Assembly: GCA_052327205.1 (NCBI GenBank)
Contig: CM126204.1
Span: 327,856,001 to 327,920,000 of the forward strand
Origin: Somniosus microcephalus
Lineage: Eukaryota
Length of the DNA stretch: 64,000 nt
Direction of reading: 5' to 3'
A program made the translations under genes and the position numbers. Each line of letters opens with the position of its first letter. Position 1 is the first letter of the stretch. This document shows positions 49,079 through 61,090 of the stretch, one piece after another. The notes under the pieces are model-generated. The model ran no database searches, was not told the DNA's origin, and was given only the letters and a program-made list of their open reading frames with translations.

Positions 49079-49769
49079 GTAAGCTCAGGCAGATCACATA
49101 GCTGGAGCTGACGTCTAGATGATATATCCCATCATTTATGCCAACTACCTTGGCTGTGCAACTTGGAGGCCTGCTTGCAGGCTGGCCCAGTGTTCGAGCC
49201 TGTCAGGTTCTTGCTGCTTAATTCCCATTGTATTGTTTTCAATCAGCGACTCCCAGGCTCTGCCAAGTCACCAGTTACAGTAGGCCAGTGGGACTGTGTT
49301 TTCAATAGAACAGCATTCAGTATATGTAAATAAATACATTGCTTTCAGGAGTGACGTAGGAGAGGAAAATAATCATTACTCAATGGAAATTTAATTTATT
49401 ATTATATCAATATATATTGATATTTTCCTTAGCCTTTCCTCCCCCCAAAAAAGACCATTTATAAAGGGAATGGAGCTTGCTCTTCATTTACTGATCACTC
49501 CTACCACATGACTGTCATCCTTCCCAGCCCTCCTCTCAAAGACAATTTTACAAATGAAAATAAAGTATCATTTAATCCCTCTGAAGAAATAGATAGTAAT
49601 CCAATTTTAGTATCAATTCCAAAAGGGCGTGATTGGGTATAAGACTATTTATTTGGAGGATGTTAGATGCTAAAAAAAATGAAGCCACCTTCTCCAAAAA
49701 AATAAATTTGCATCTAAACTTAAAAAATGAGTAAGTCACGTTGAAATGTTTCACATCACTCACACATAA

Positions 49770-50092
49770 TGTTATCTCGACAAAAATGACTGCCCTTTCA
49801 AATAAAACTCAAGATTTATTGAACATTGACTACTTCTTCCTCCTGTGCTTATAGCCGGAGACTGGGGGACATTGCTACACATGTGGAGTCGCAGGCTGCA
49901 AAGCTCGCTGTCACACATCGCGTCAGATGAGGTGCTGTTCCTCAAGCTTGTGTTGAGCCTCATTGGAACAGTGTAGGAGGCCGCGGACAGAGAGGTCAGA
50001 GTGGGAGTGGGATGGACAATTAAAGTGGCAAGCGTCTGGAAGCTCAGGGTCATGCTTGCGGACTTAACGGAGGGGTTCAGCAAAGCGGTCAC
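49770..50092 (-). mobile_element. L2-group LINE fragment
   Basis: The degenerate translation resembles LINE ORF2 linker sequence. Family recognition is from memory only. Confidence 0.5.
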
Positions 50093-50129
50093 CCCATCTT
50101 TTGATGAGGCGCTTTACACCCTTCCGGCC

Positions 50130-50545
50130 TCAACATTGAATTCAACAACTTTACATCATAGCCACCGCTCCCTTTTTCTCGGACAGCAGATGCTGGTAGT
50201 GGTTCTGCTGTAATCATTTATATCTCCTCTGGACACATCTTTTGTTTCCTTACTTGTCCCATTACCACCCCCTTTTGCCTTGCCCCATCATCTTTTTTGT
50301 CATTTAATCACTCCTGCCTTCCCCCCATCACAGACCTTTCCCTTTTGCTCTTTCCTCACGCCTTTTCCCCTGGCTTTGTATTTGCTTAAAACCTGTTATT
50401 TTTCGAACTTCTTCTGATGAAAGGTCATCGACCTGAAACAAACTCTGTTTCTCTCTCCACAGATGCTGCCCGACCTGCTGAGTGTTTCCAGCATTTTCTG
50501 TTTTTATTTCAGATTTCCAGCATCCGCAGTATTTTGCTTTTGTTT
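50130..50545 (+). mobile_element. Penelope-like element 3' end with a degenerate hammerhead motif
   Basis: ctgatgaaaggtcatcgacctgaaac at 50414-50439, then tctctccacagatgctgcc...cagcattttctgtttttatttcagatttccagcatc. Confidence 0.75.
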
Positions 50546-51435
50546 TAGAGCCCTCTTTTAACATGTCTGTAAGTGTCCTTTTTAAATTGAACATTATTTA
50601 TCTAGGGAACTATGTTAGCTCTGGGGCATTTTAAATCAGCCTCCAACTTGGCTCCAATTGATTCACTTGTGTTAGCCAACAGTTTAACTGCAGTAGGTAG
50701 TTTCCAAAAGGGCTTCTTGCCGGCATGAAGTTACATTTAAAAAAAAAACATTTGCAGCAATTTTTTTTTTACATTGGGGACCACTGCAACAGTAGGTTGC
50801 AACCAACCGGCAGCTGGTCCATGGGCACCCCCTGGGGAGCCATTCAGCCATCTGACCTTCTCAGGTGGAGAATGGCATGCTTTGTAGGGGGAAGAGACTT
50901 AAAAAGGAAAAAACTGCGCCCGAATTTTGGTTTCCTTGAGCGCCTTTCATTCGTCTAAAGATGGCTCTACAGGTGTGACTTTCCAAATCGTGTGCAATGC
51001 CAAGGAAAACAAGAAATTATATTGGCGCTGCGCCAATCCTTCAAAACTGCTACTTTTTTTCTTTTAATTGCAAAAGGTTTTAATCAATTCATCACTTTTT
51101 TTTCTCTTACCTTTCAAGAAGCCAAACCCCACCCCTCCCACAATCCTAATGACAAGCTACCTTGTTGTTTAGCAGATAGTTAAGCCCCTTCTGCAGCAGA
51201 CATCTGCAGGTAGGCAACAGGGGCGGTGCAGGTAAATTCAAAGAAGCGTACAACACCTGGAGCAAAAGAATTTAGAGGCCCTAATCCACCCTCATCCAGC
51301 TTGCCCAGACCCCCCACCCCCCCCCACCCCCACCCAACACAAATACACAAACATATTGCAGATTGCTGTAAAAAGGCAAAACCAATATACTCAGCACTTT
51401 ATATACAATCAAGGCACTTTATACGATTCACCTAC

Positions 51436-51561
51436 CTGTAAGGAAAAAGCGCGAAGTGCAGGAATGGGAATCAGGGCAGCCATAAAGAAAGCGATCATGT
51501 TATTAATGGATGTGAGGGCAACGCTGGTCCCTGTCCGCCTCAAACACTCTCCTGTCCTGTC
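51436..51561 (-). CDS. ptch2: Patched-2 exon 12, 126 bp
   Basis: Hand translation [42 protein letters not shown]. Donor CAG|gtaggt. Confidence 0.95.
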
Positions 51562-52154
51562 CTTTAGCACAAATTAAAATAATCAGTGAAAAGCGACAGA
51601 AATGTTTCAAATTGCAAAGTTCGATCATACTTGTGGGCAAGACTGAGCAAGTGCGCACACACACAAACATACACTTTCACACTGTCTGCAAATACGTACA
51701 CCTCACATGTGTAGAAATCTTTTTTTAATCAACTCCAAACTTAACAAAGTTTTGATGCTTTTATGTTGGCTGTGGAATCCAGCAGCAATCCCAATGTGAA
51801 TCTGCTTAATTCACTAAATTTGAACTTTTGCTACCCAGTAAAATATATTTCAAGCCATGTGAATTCAGCACATTTACATTAGGGTCACCACCAAGTGTGT
51901 AAGATATGTGTCAGAAACCGGTGGCACAAGCACTTTAAGGCGAACATAAAAGCGGCTCTTGACTATAAGTAAATAGGTTAGATTCCCGATTTCTTCTAAT
52001 TTATCAACCCATTCAAACTGGTTGACAAAGAAACATACTCTATCAGCTTTGTAGAAAGACTCTTTTATAATGTTCCCCTGATTACCCCAGTGTAATAACA
52101 GGAAAGGAGTAAAGTAATGGTGTATTCCAGTTTTAAGCAAAGTTTGGTCTTTAC

Positions 52155-52253
52155 CTTGAAAGGAATGTTCTTATTTTGACCTGTCTCAGTGAATGCGTGA
52201 GCCAGGAGAAACATATCGTCGACACCAATGCCCAGAGCCAGAAATGGTAATAC
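52155..52253 (-). CDS. ptch2: Patched-2 exon 11 (TM4, GxxxDD motif), 99 bp
   Basis: Hand translation [33 protein letters not shown]. Acceptor ctctag|G, donor AAG|gtaaag. Confidence 0.95.
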
Positions 52254-52476
52254 CTAGAGCCAGGAGATGGAAAGAAATGATTAATATTTGGGATTTATTA
52301 TTACAAACAAAATCTGTTCTGCATAAAATGTACTTAATTCCTTCAATGACAAAAGCAGATGACTTTTTTCCCTCCTCCAACAATGACAATTAACTCAATT
52401 GAGAAATATTCAGTTGTGATCCTGCGGGGAGGGGGAAAGAAGTGAGAGATAGGGATGGAAGCCAAGAATGATGTAC

Positions 52477-52632
52477 CTGGGTAGTTGCAGCATTGAAGGA
52501 AATGCCCAGAAGGGAGCACAGCCCCAGTCCTGAAGCTACGGACAGGGCCACCAATAGGACTCCAGCTAGACCCACAGCCCCTTGGGATTTTGAGCAGTCC
52601 CACCTCAGCATGGTCACACAAGCATACGCCAA
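52477..52632 (-). CDS. ptch2: Patched-2 exon 10 (sterol-sensing domain), 156 bp
   Basis: [52 protein letters not shown]. Canonical AG/GT, phase 0-0. Confidence 0.96.
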
Positions 52633-53035
52633 CTAATGGAGTCAGAAAAGAAAAAGAATTGATCAACATACAACAAACAAAGAGTGCAGCAGAAACAAAA
52701 ATTGGAAACGCACAGCAGGCCAGTCAGGTTCTGTGGAGAGAACAGACAAGTTAATGCTTCAGGTAAGGGCCGGCATTACAGGTGACTACGCTTTGACAGT
52801 ACTTCACTGGCTGGGATGCGCTTTGGGATGTCCTGAGATTGTGAAAGGTGCTAAATTAATGCAAGTTCTTTCCTTCAATGTCACTGGAGTTCAAATTGGA
52901 TGGTACAATATTGTTTCAATTCAAATCAGGTGATTTATTGGTAAGAGTCTGCCACATGTCACTATCGACCGTGATGTCCACTACTGGCGGAAACAAATAT
53001 CTTGCTTAACATAGAATAAAATATGACGGCCACCA

Positions 53036-53470
53036 AGTATCAGCTTAGTTCAGTGGCAACACCCTTACTTCTGGGTCAGCAGGTGGTGGGTTTGAGCACC
53101 ATTCGATGACTTGAGCACGTAATGTACACCAGCACTTTAATGCAGTACTGAGGGAGTGCTGCATTGTTGGAGATGTTATTTGGATGAGGTGTTAATCTGA
53201 GGCCCCAGCCACTCGTGCCTATGGCACTGAGAAGAGGAGGGAGCTCTCCCCGTGTCCTGGCCAATATTTATCTCTCAACCAACACCACCTAAACAGATGA
53301 ACTGATTATTTATTTCATTTGCTGTTTATGGTGCCTTGCTGTCTGGAGATTGGCTGCCACGTTTATATACATAACAACAGCGACTACACGTAAAAGTAAT
53401 TCTGTGAAGCACGTTGGGATGTACGGAGGACACAAAAGGTGCTCTGTTAATGTAAGTTCGTTCTTTCTTT
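53036..53470 (+). mobile_element. SacSINE1/DeuSINE-like SINE, older copy
   Basis: gcagtactgagggagtgctgcattgttggag...gtgtcctggccaatattta...ttggctgcc. Confidence 0.75.
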
Positions 53471-54259
53471 TCAATGATACCTGTGAGCCTGAACAAGCAC
53501 ACATACAGTATATAAAACTAGCCAATTTCCTCAAGCCTTACACATGAAAAGTCAAGACCAAAGTGAAGTGGGTTAGCAGGCAGACATCATTCAGTGCAGT
53601 CCCCATTTTAAAGTCATGTAATCTGTCCTTATTTTTATCTATTGCTTCAATTTTATATTATTATTTAGTTAAATAGCCAAATGTACACATCGGGGCTCCT
53701 CTGCAGTACAGGCTCAGGGGCTGGGAGATGCAAACATGACGCACTGCAGCGCCACCACCGGCAGAAAGGTGTAATTACAGCATGGTACATTTACATAGCC
53801 AGATTCCATTATTATAAATATGGATGGATGTTGGAATTTATAATGGAAAAGTTGAGACAGGAAGGGCGTACTAATATGAAATGTTAATATATTGTTAAAG
53901 ATAAATACACAGACTAGACGGCGTTTTAAGAATGTAACAAATCTGATGGTTCAGATAACTTGGATAAATGGCTAATGATGTCTTCCGAACTGTTCAATGT
54001 GTTTTTGCCTTGCAACACTTTCAGCATATGTATTATTATATCCTATATATAAACACAGTCACTGCCATTGTTGATTATTCCCCTTACAGCATCAATCTGA
54101 GCATAATTTAAAACTAGGTTGCAGAAGTGAAAGATGAGTTTCCACAAAACTGTACGCCCTGTGCCTGTAGATTACTTTTTTGTGGATGACATTATGTTCA
54201 GAGGCACCCTAACGTGATGTTAACTCTAAACATACATCCAGAAGTAAAAACATGCTCAC

Positions 54260-54391
54260 CATTAGCAAGTACCCTCCAGCAACGCGGATAGCACTGACAT
54301 CGGAAAAAGACTTCATGATGTCATTAAGGGTGGTGGTGGAAAAGGCGTGGATATTTTGGGAGGAATTCTGAGGCACAGTCTGGTGAGCTAC
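54260..54391 (-). CDS. ptch2: Patched-2 exon 9, 132 bp
   Basis: [44 protein letters not shown]. Acceptor ttgaag|G, donor ATG|gtgagc. Confidence 0.95.
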
Positions 54392-54549
54392 CTTCAAGAA
54401 AAAGTTAAAACAAGAAGCTAAAAATAGCAGTATCACTGCATCATTGAAACATGTACATTAAAAAGTTTGAAAACAAATATTTTAAGACCTTCATTTGGTA
54501 GTGAAGAAAATCCCTCTAAAATTCAAAGACTCAGAATTGCTCAGTCAGG

Positions 54550-54835
54550 GTTTCTGAGGATTAGTTGGTAAATGAAGTGTGTAACTGAGCCATATGGAGC
54601 AGAAGGTTCCGGATTTGATTTCTGGCCTGTGGTGAGTTGGTTGATCTAAACCAGGGTAGCAGTTGATATGTTACAATTGACCTCAATGATCTGGGTTCGG
54701 AAAGGGGGCAAAAAAAATCAGCCAAGGTTCCCACTACTGATTGTTACACAAAGCCTCAAGCTGAAAGATGCCCGTGTGTGGACACTGGGTGAAGGTAGGG
54801 GCTGAAGGAACAGCCTGCCGACATTCTCTCACAAG
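54550..54835 (+). mobile_element. LF-SINE-like element
   Basis: ctgagccatatgg...aaggttcc...ttacaattgacctca...aatcagccaaggttccca...gtgtgtggacactgggtga...cagcctgccgaca. Confidence 0.65.
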
Positions 54836-56789
54836 AGTGGAAACCCTGAGGACACGGAGGCTCTTTGTGGCTGCCTTGGCTGACACTGCTAGCTCAAAAA
54901 CAGACCGTGGATCAACTTGGGCAACTTCCTGCTCTATATTGCTCAATAACACACTGCCTACTTCATTCACCCACTAAACCATCAGGAAAACTAGAATTTG
55001 TTGTTAAAGGATGCTGATGGTGACTCCTAGTTTTAATATCAATAAAACTGTGAAAAAGAGGTACGTTCCAAAACAAATGTCCAAATTAATCTTACAACAA
55101 TTCTTTTAAAGAATCAATCTTGTTGATCTGGTCTCTCACTGATCTTGTCAGGAGTATCATTTTGCTATCAAGACGCCAAGCAGTTGCAGTCTCCTGATGC
55201 ATTTGTTACAATACCACAGGTATCTGTATTTTAAAAAAATAATAATTTGTAGCGTTTTAAGAAAAAGGAACCTGTAACTAGAAAATGTTGAGAACAAATA
55301 TTCACAGGTTCCTTCAGTTAAAAAGGCTGCAGTTAAGGCTTGAAACTGTGGCTCAGCACATTGGAATACCAGTGCAGGGTTATTTGCTCCACTCCACTGA
55401 GTTCCCATCTCAACCGTGCTGTTGGGAGACAGAAAATTGACTGAAGAGTCTTCCCCAGACCAGTCTTGTGGGCCTTTTGGTGATTGTTCAAAAGATCCAC
55501 TTGTAACGGCTTGGTGTCTGGCCTTGAAGAGACTAAGAAGTCAAGTAAGCCAAGGGGGAAAAGAAAGAGCATAATGTACCCAGGGGGGTGAATAACTCAC
55601 AATAAAAAACCCGCATTTGTAGTACGTTTAAATGAAAACTGAAGACACTTGCAATTATATATTTAGGTTAGTTACAAATCTCAATAGGTGCTTTCAATTT
55701 GAACAAACAAACAATTTGAGAAAATTTTAATTTGAAACCAGAATTTAAAAAACATCAGAGAATTCCACATTCCTGTGGAGCTTCCTCTGGTTTCATCTGA
55801 CTTATCGCGTCTTGTCAAAAGAGGAAACATAAACTTGAGGTATGTCTTGAAGCTATCCAAGTTATTTGACAGGGTTTATGCGAATCCAAATTTGACAATC
55901 CATCGCAGTGATCTTTCTTTTTCTTGGGGTGCTCCTTTTAAACGTGTATAAAATAGATTATTTTTGAGTCTTGACAGCTTAGAATAATGGTCGCAGATGC
56001 CAAAGATCATTATGGTCAAAGGTCAGGTGAGATCACATGGTCTCTAGAGCACAGCAAAGTTCCCGTCATTCACCACCTAAGCTGCCACAGCCAAAGGGAC
56101 TACAACCTTGGGATTCAGTGAAACATCGTCCACGTTTGTTATTCACCCCATCACAACCCAATTCCCTTTCCAAGCAGGCGTTTCATAGGCCTCAGATCTT
56201 CTCGCAATCAGCATCTGGGTGTCAGTTATCACCAAACAGCTTGTTCCCATAACTCTCCATCTGTCAGAAGCCCAGAATCTGACTCCTTGTACAATACAGC
56301 TGCAGACTGATGGAAATCAGCCTGATAAGTAATTCCAGCATTTACAGAAACATTTCTCCTGCACACACTGGAATGAATCCAATTGAAGAAAAAAAGAGAA
56401 AAGCATGTTTGTTTTCCTTATTATAAAAAAAATCCTTAAAATATTTTCCCATAGAAATGAAACCCTGAAGTTCACTTGGAGGCGTTTATTAAACAGAGCC
56501 AACCTGTTAGCACAATCTTGTACTCTCAGTGCTAACACCTACTTTCTTAGTGTGTTCAATATAAATATTGTGTGTGCAACTAATGATAAAGGTCAACTCC
56601 TGGTGATTTGAAGTGTCTCTGATATACGCTGACATGGCTTCCAGTGTGTCATATTTTATAGTGATAAAAACCCACACATTAAGAATAACTGCAATAAGAC
56701 CCTATTTCTGCTTAAGGACCAGTTGGCTCTATGCATTTTAAACCTAAGCATGGCATCCTTCCAACCACTGCTTATTGATTTTTTCCCTT

Positions 56790-57482
56790 CTCTTTTTTGG
56801 GAATTTTCTCTTGAAGGCACTGACTTGTGTCTGAATACGGTTCCTTGCAACTAGCAGCCCTGTGGTACATTGCCCAAATGGTCATATGTGAGCCCAGACA
56901 GTGAGTGCCAGGAGACTATTCCACTGTGGAGGCCATCACAACCAAGTACGATTCTGTCCTCACCCATCGTATATACTTGTACACTTTTCAGCAGTGTTCA
57001 CTGGATAGGAATCAGGAATGGAAAACCTTGGCTGACTTTTCCACTCCCAATCGAAGGCCAATGTCTCAGCAAACATTTTCCACTCTTATGGCTCTGGCTT
57101 ACTATGCAAAACCCTCCCCTTCACACTATCATTTGGGACAGACCCTTCAGGCACCATGCCACTACACTTTGGAATTCTCTTCCTAAATTCTTCTGCCTTG
57201 CTACCCCTCTCTCAACCTTCAAAAGCCTCTGCAAAACTTGCCGTCTTTGCCCATGCCTTTGGTCATCACCCCTAACTTCTCTCCGTCTTCCTGCTCATAT
57301 CTCCAGATCTCCCAGCAAAGCATCTTGCAATGTTTCATTATGTGAAAGTTGTTACAATAGTGAAAATTATTTCTGTTGTGTCCTGGCTCAGACCAGGTAA
57401 CTTAGCACAGATTGGGAATTAAAACACAAACCTTCTGGCTTGTAAAGGTTCAGTGCCACACCACACATTTGCCCATTAGGCC
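56790..57482 (-). mobile_element. LF-SINE-like element split by an L2 3' fragment (about 57045-57380)
   Basis: Tail and core at 56790-57042, head at 57381-57482. The intervening piece has ctttggaattctcttcctaaa and an L2-like tail. Confidence 0.55.
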
Positions 57483-57689
57483 AATGGGGAACTTTTACAT
57501 TTTCAGCTTTGGTGGTGTCCAGCCCTCAACTGGGCTCCTCAATGACACAAAATCCAAACTAGTCCGAATAAGGGCATTAAAGAAGAAGCCATTTTGTTGT
57601 ATTCTAGTGGAACCAACCACTCTTTATGGCATCATAATAACCTCTATGGTGTTGCAACATCCTCCCCTGAAATCAAGAAACAGCTCAGC

Positions 57690-58440
57690 TAGATTCATAG
57701 AAGGTGTGAGGCCATTTGGCCCATCACACCTCTTCTGGTGCTACCTCTTCAATTGAAGCTATCTACTCTGATGCCATTTCCCTATCTTTTCCCTGTATTA
57801 TTTTATATTGTTCCTTTACCAATATATATCCAATTCCATTTAAGTGATTTTATAGTCTCTGCCTCATGTGCCCATGTTCTAATGACTCTCTGAGCTAGGT
57901 TTTCCTAAATCTGTCCCAGGAGGGTGGGAGGGGGGACATTCACTCACCACCCTGGCCCAGTTCCTTCTCTGGGACTCAATCTGTATGAAGGGTGGGCTCC
58001 CAACAGGATCGCCGCCATTAAGAGGGAACACCTCTAGATCTCTCTGTTCCTCCAATTCATTAAGAATCTTAATAATTGGTGTATATTCCCTTTCAGTGTC
58101 TTTTCCCAAAATGTACTAGCTCATATTTCTCTGCATTGAATTGGACCTGTCACCTGTCTATGTCCTCCTGCAATGTCCCTCACTGTTTGCCGAGCCCCTT
58201 ATGCATTTGTCCAAATCATTTATATAAATGTAAAGCAAACTGCTTTTCAGATTAGATCCCCGGGGCACATCATTACCCACAGCCCGCCAATCTGAAATAG
58301 ATCTGTTTACCCCCTATATCTATCCATGCCGTTACGTTCCCTTTAATACCATGTGCCTTAATTCTAACAAGCCTCTGTCTGATATGTCACCTTATCAAAC
58401 ATCTTCTTAAAATCTATATCTACAATATTCAACACATCCT
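57690..58440 (-). mobile_element. Old CR1-type LINE fragments
   Basis: catagaaggtgtgaggccatttggcccatc, ccaaaatgtactagctcatattt and ccaaatcatttatata motifs. Confidence 0.55.
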
Positions 58441-59218
58441 TTTAGCCATACACTCTTGATTTCCTCAAAAAGTTAATTCTCATAACAGAAATATTACAAA
58501 TATACAAAGTAAGTACTTAACTGTTCTGACACAATTACATAGAGTGCTGGATGGGTGGTAATGAGTAATAGCTGTCTTTAATTTAATCTAGGGATCCAGA
58601 TGACATTATAAACCATAAAATCAATGTTTCAGTACTTTATGGATATCATATAAACCCTAAGATTAAGTCACAGCCACCTACACACTGTCTGCTACAACAG
58701 TGGAATCTGGTTATACCGATTGGTTTGGCCAGTGGCCAAAATGGTTACTGTAACTGACTGAGCAATATATCAAGACAGCAATCCCCGATGAGTACTGCTG
58801 ATCTATGATCCATGGTATGTACTGCGCTGATGATCAACACTCCTTACTAGTCATTGGCCTTTTAAACAGCTTATTAAATAACTGCTCAAAAACTCTCTCT
58901 GATGAGCTGCTCAGCATTTGCTATAAAATAATGTTACATGCTTTTATGTTGTTCCATTCATTGCTCTCAATCCAAAACCAACATTCTGAGTGGAGCAGTG
59001 TTTCAAAGTGCTGGTGAACGATGCTCATGGGGTCATCCTTTATAGTTAACCAGTTAAAGCCAGTTAAGGACAATAACCAGTCCATTAGTAATATCATTAC
59101 CTATTCATATACTGGATAGTGCAGATCAATGATCAATCAGTTACAACTGAGGCAACTGTCTGTCAACAAATTAGGAACTGCCATTGAAATGATCAACTGA
59201 ACTACACTGATCCCCGTG

Positions 59219-59591
59219 CACTTCAGTCCCACGCTCCTGATCTTTGGTCACCCGGTGCGGAGGGGAGCGGGCAGGTCGGAGGACCTCCTCATAGGACTGC
59301 TCCTGGGCCTGGCCAAAAAAGCCATCAATTGGTCCAGGCAGCGGGCGGTTGGGGGGGTCGTTCGGCCCGATTGCCTGCCTCTCTTCCGCGGCCATGTTCG
59401 CGCCCGGGTGGCCCTGGAGATGGAGCACGCGGTGTCCGCCGGCACGCTTGAGGCTTTTCGCGACCGGTGGGTGCCGCGGGGACTGGAGTGCATTATCAAT
59501 CCGGGCAACCAAATTGTAATTTGATTTGTTAAGTTTTATTTAAAGTTTTATTAATTTACAGTCAATTTGTTTAAGCACCCAATCAAAAGAG
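59219..59591 (+). mobile_element. Tx1/L1-clade LINE 3' fragment with target-site duplication
   Basis: LLLGLAKKAINWSR...FRDRW is an ORF2 C-terminus. TSD tac(a/g)ctgatccccgtg at 59203-59218 and 59592-59607. Confidence 0.75.
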
Positions 59592-59826
59592 TACGCTGAT
59601 CCCCGTGAACAATTAGAATAATGTAACAAAATGGGTTCTGGCTTCTTTATTACTTAGATTGAGACCACCTGTTCAGCTGCTTACTGCCCCTTCCCCTTGC
59701 CCACCAAGCAGGTAAGTTCTTTATTTGTGAAATCAATGTCTTATTTAATTTCCCCCACTATGTAGCATCAACTCCATTCATAGTTCACTCCAAAAGAAGA
59801 ACAGGAAAGAGCACAGCAGGGAGTAC

Positions 59827-59974
59827 CTCTACGAATTTCCGCTGCCAGCTTTCCAGAATAGCCGTTGCCTTTTCCTGGTTCCAGTTGATATCGTGGATTT
59901 CATAATCATCCTTGAAATGTTCATAAAGTTGCTTGGGGCTCATCAGTAGATACATGGTCTGGAGAGCTTCGGCA
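59827..59974 (-). CDS. ptch2: Patched-2 exon 8 equivalent (first extracellular domain), 148 bp
   Basis: Translates as (S)[49 protein letters not shown], which is vertebrate Ptch2-type. Acceptor AG at 59975-59976, donor GT at 59825-59826. Confidence 0.95.
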
Positions 59975-60072
59975 CTTGAGTAAGGGAGGAAAGAGGCAAA
60001 CAAAACGTGTATTTAACAAATATAAAACAAGACAAATTTGCATTTATATAGTGCCTTTCATGGCCTCAGGAT

Positions 60073-60445
60073 GTCAGCTGTGGCTCAGTGGGTAGCACTC
60101 TCACTTCTGAGTCAGAAGGTTGTGGGTTCAAGTCCCACTCCAGGGACTTGAGCACATAAATCTAGGCTGACACTCCAGTGCAGTGCTGAGGGAGTGCTGC
60201 ACTGTTGGAGGTACCGTCTTTTGGATGAGACGTTATACTGAGGCCCCTCCTGCTCTCTCAGGTGGACGTAAAAGATCCCATGGCACTATTTCGAAGAAGA
60301 GTAGGGGAGTTATCCCCGGTGTCCTGGCTAATATTTCTCCCTCAACCAACATTAAAAAAACAGATTATCTGGTCATTTTCACATTGCTGTTTGTGGGAGC
60401 TTGCTGTGCGCAACTTGGCTGCCGCGTTTCCCACATTACAACAGT
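60073..60445 (+). mobile_element. SacSINE1/DeuSINE-like SINE, 3'-truncated
   Basis: gtcagctgtggctcagtgggtagcactc...ggttcaagtccc (A and B boxes) plus the conserved central block. Confidence 0.88.
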
Positions 60446-60699
60446 GCTGCTCAGAGTTCTGTGGCATCCAGGGTGGGAAAGAGGTATCAACATGCTTCCA
60501 AACAGGATGGAAAAAAACTGGGCGAAGAGTCACCTGCACTCACCTGCTAGTTTTAAGTTATAGAGGGGTAAAGGCCTGGGAGTGGGTTGCCTGCCCTGCC
60601 CTGCCCTCTCTGCTCAAAGTATATGATGTGGGAAATCAAGAAAGGAAAACAAGGAGAAAATAATCAAATATGTAAAAAAAAACACATTTCAAAACACAT

Positions 60700-61090
60700 T
60701 CCCTGATGGATTTGTGAGTAAATGCACTGCACATTGTGGTACTAAACCAGCTATCCCACACATTCTGTGCTGAGTTAACCAGTATCAGCTGGGACAGAAA
60801 TAGAAGCCCTACCGCTGGCCTTAGTGTTCCTGGGCTAGGAAGGGGAGAAATAAGCTAGGGTTCCTACTCCTGATCCCTATCCAGTGAAGCCCTGCTAGAA
60901 TGTGCATGTGTGGCTATCAGGTGAGGGCGGGATTGGGTTTGGATGAGAAGTCCTCCACAGTCAAACAGCCCACTGACACTCCTATATGAAGATTTGCTGC
61001 TTGGCTGATGTATTGGAGGGCTGCTAATCCCTGTGGAACTATGGAGTTAAAAGATTCCTCCTTTTGATTGAGAACTGAAAATTGGAATTT
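60700..61090 (+). mobile_element. LF-SINE-like element
   Basis: tctgtgctgagttaacc...ctgggctaggaagggg...agggttcctactcctgatccctatccagtga...ggtgagggcgggattgggt. Confidence 0.65.

Noticed and set aside
4576-59974. Assignment of the gene to ptch1
   Set aside because: The tail is PTCH1-like, but diagnostic stretches in exons 8, 9, 14, 16 and 17 match Ptch2 as I recall it. A phylogeny would settle the call.
60073-60140. tRNA-like sequences here and at about 14430, 26150, 41990 and 47830
   Set aside because: They are SINE heads continuing into SINE bodies, without a complete cloverleaf.
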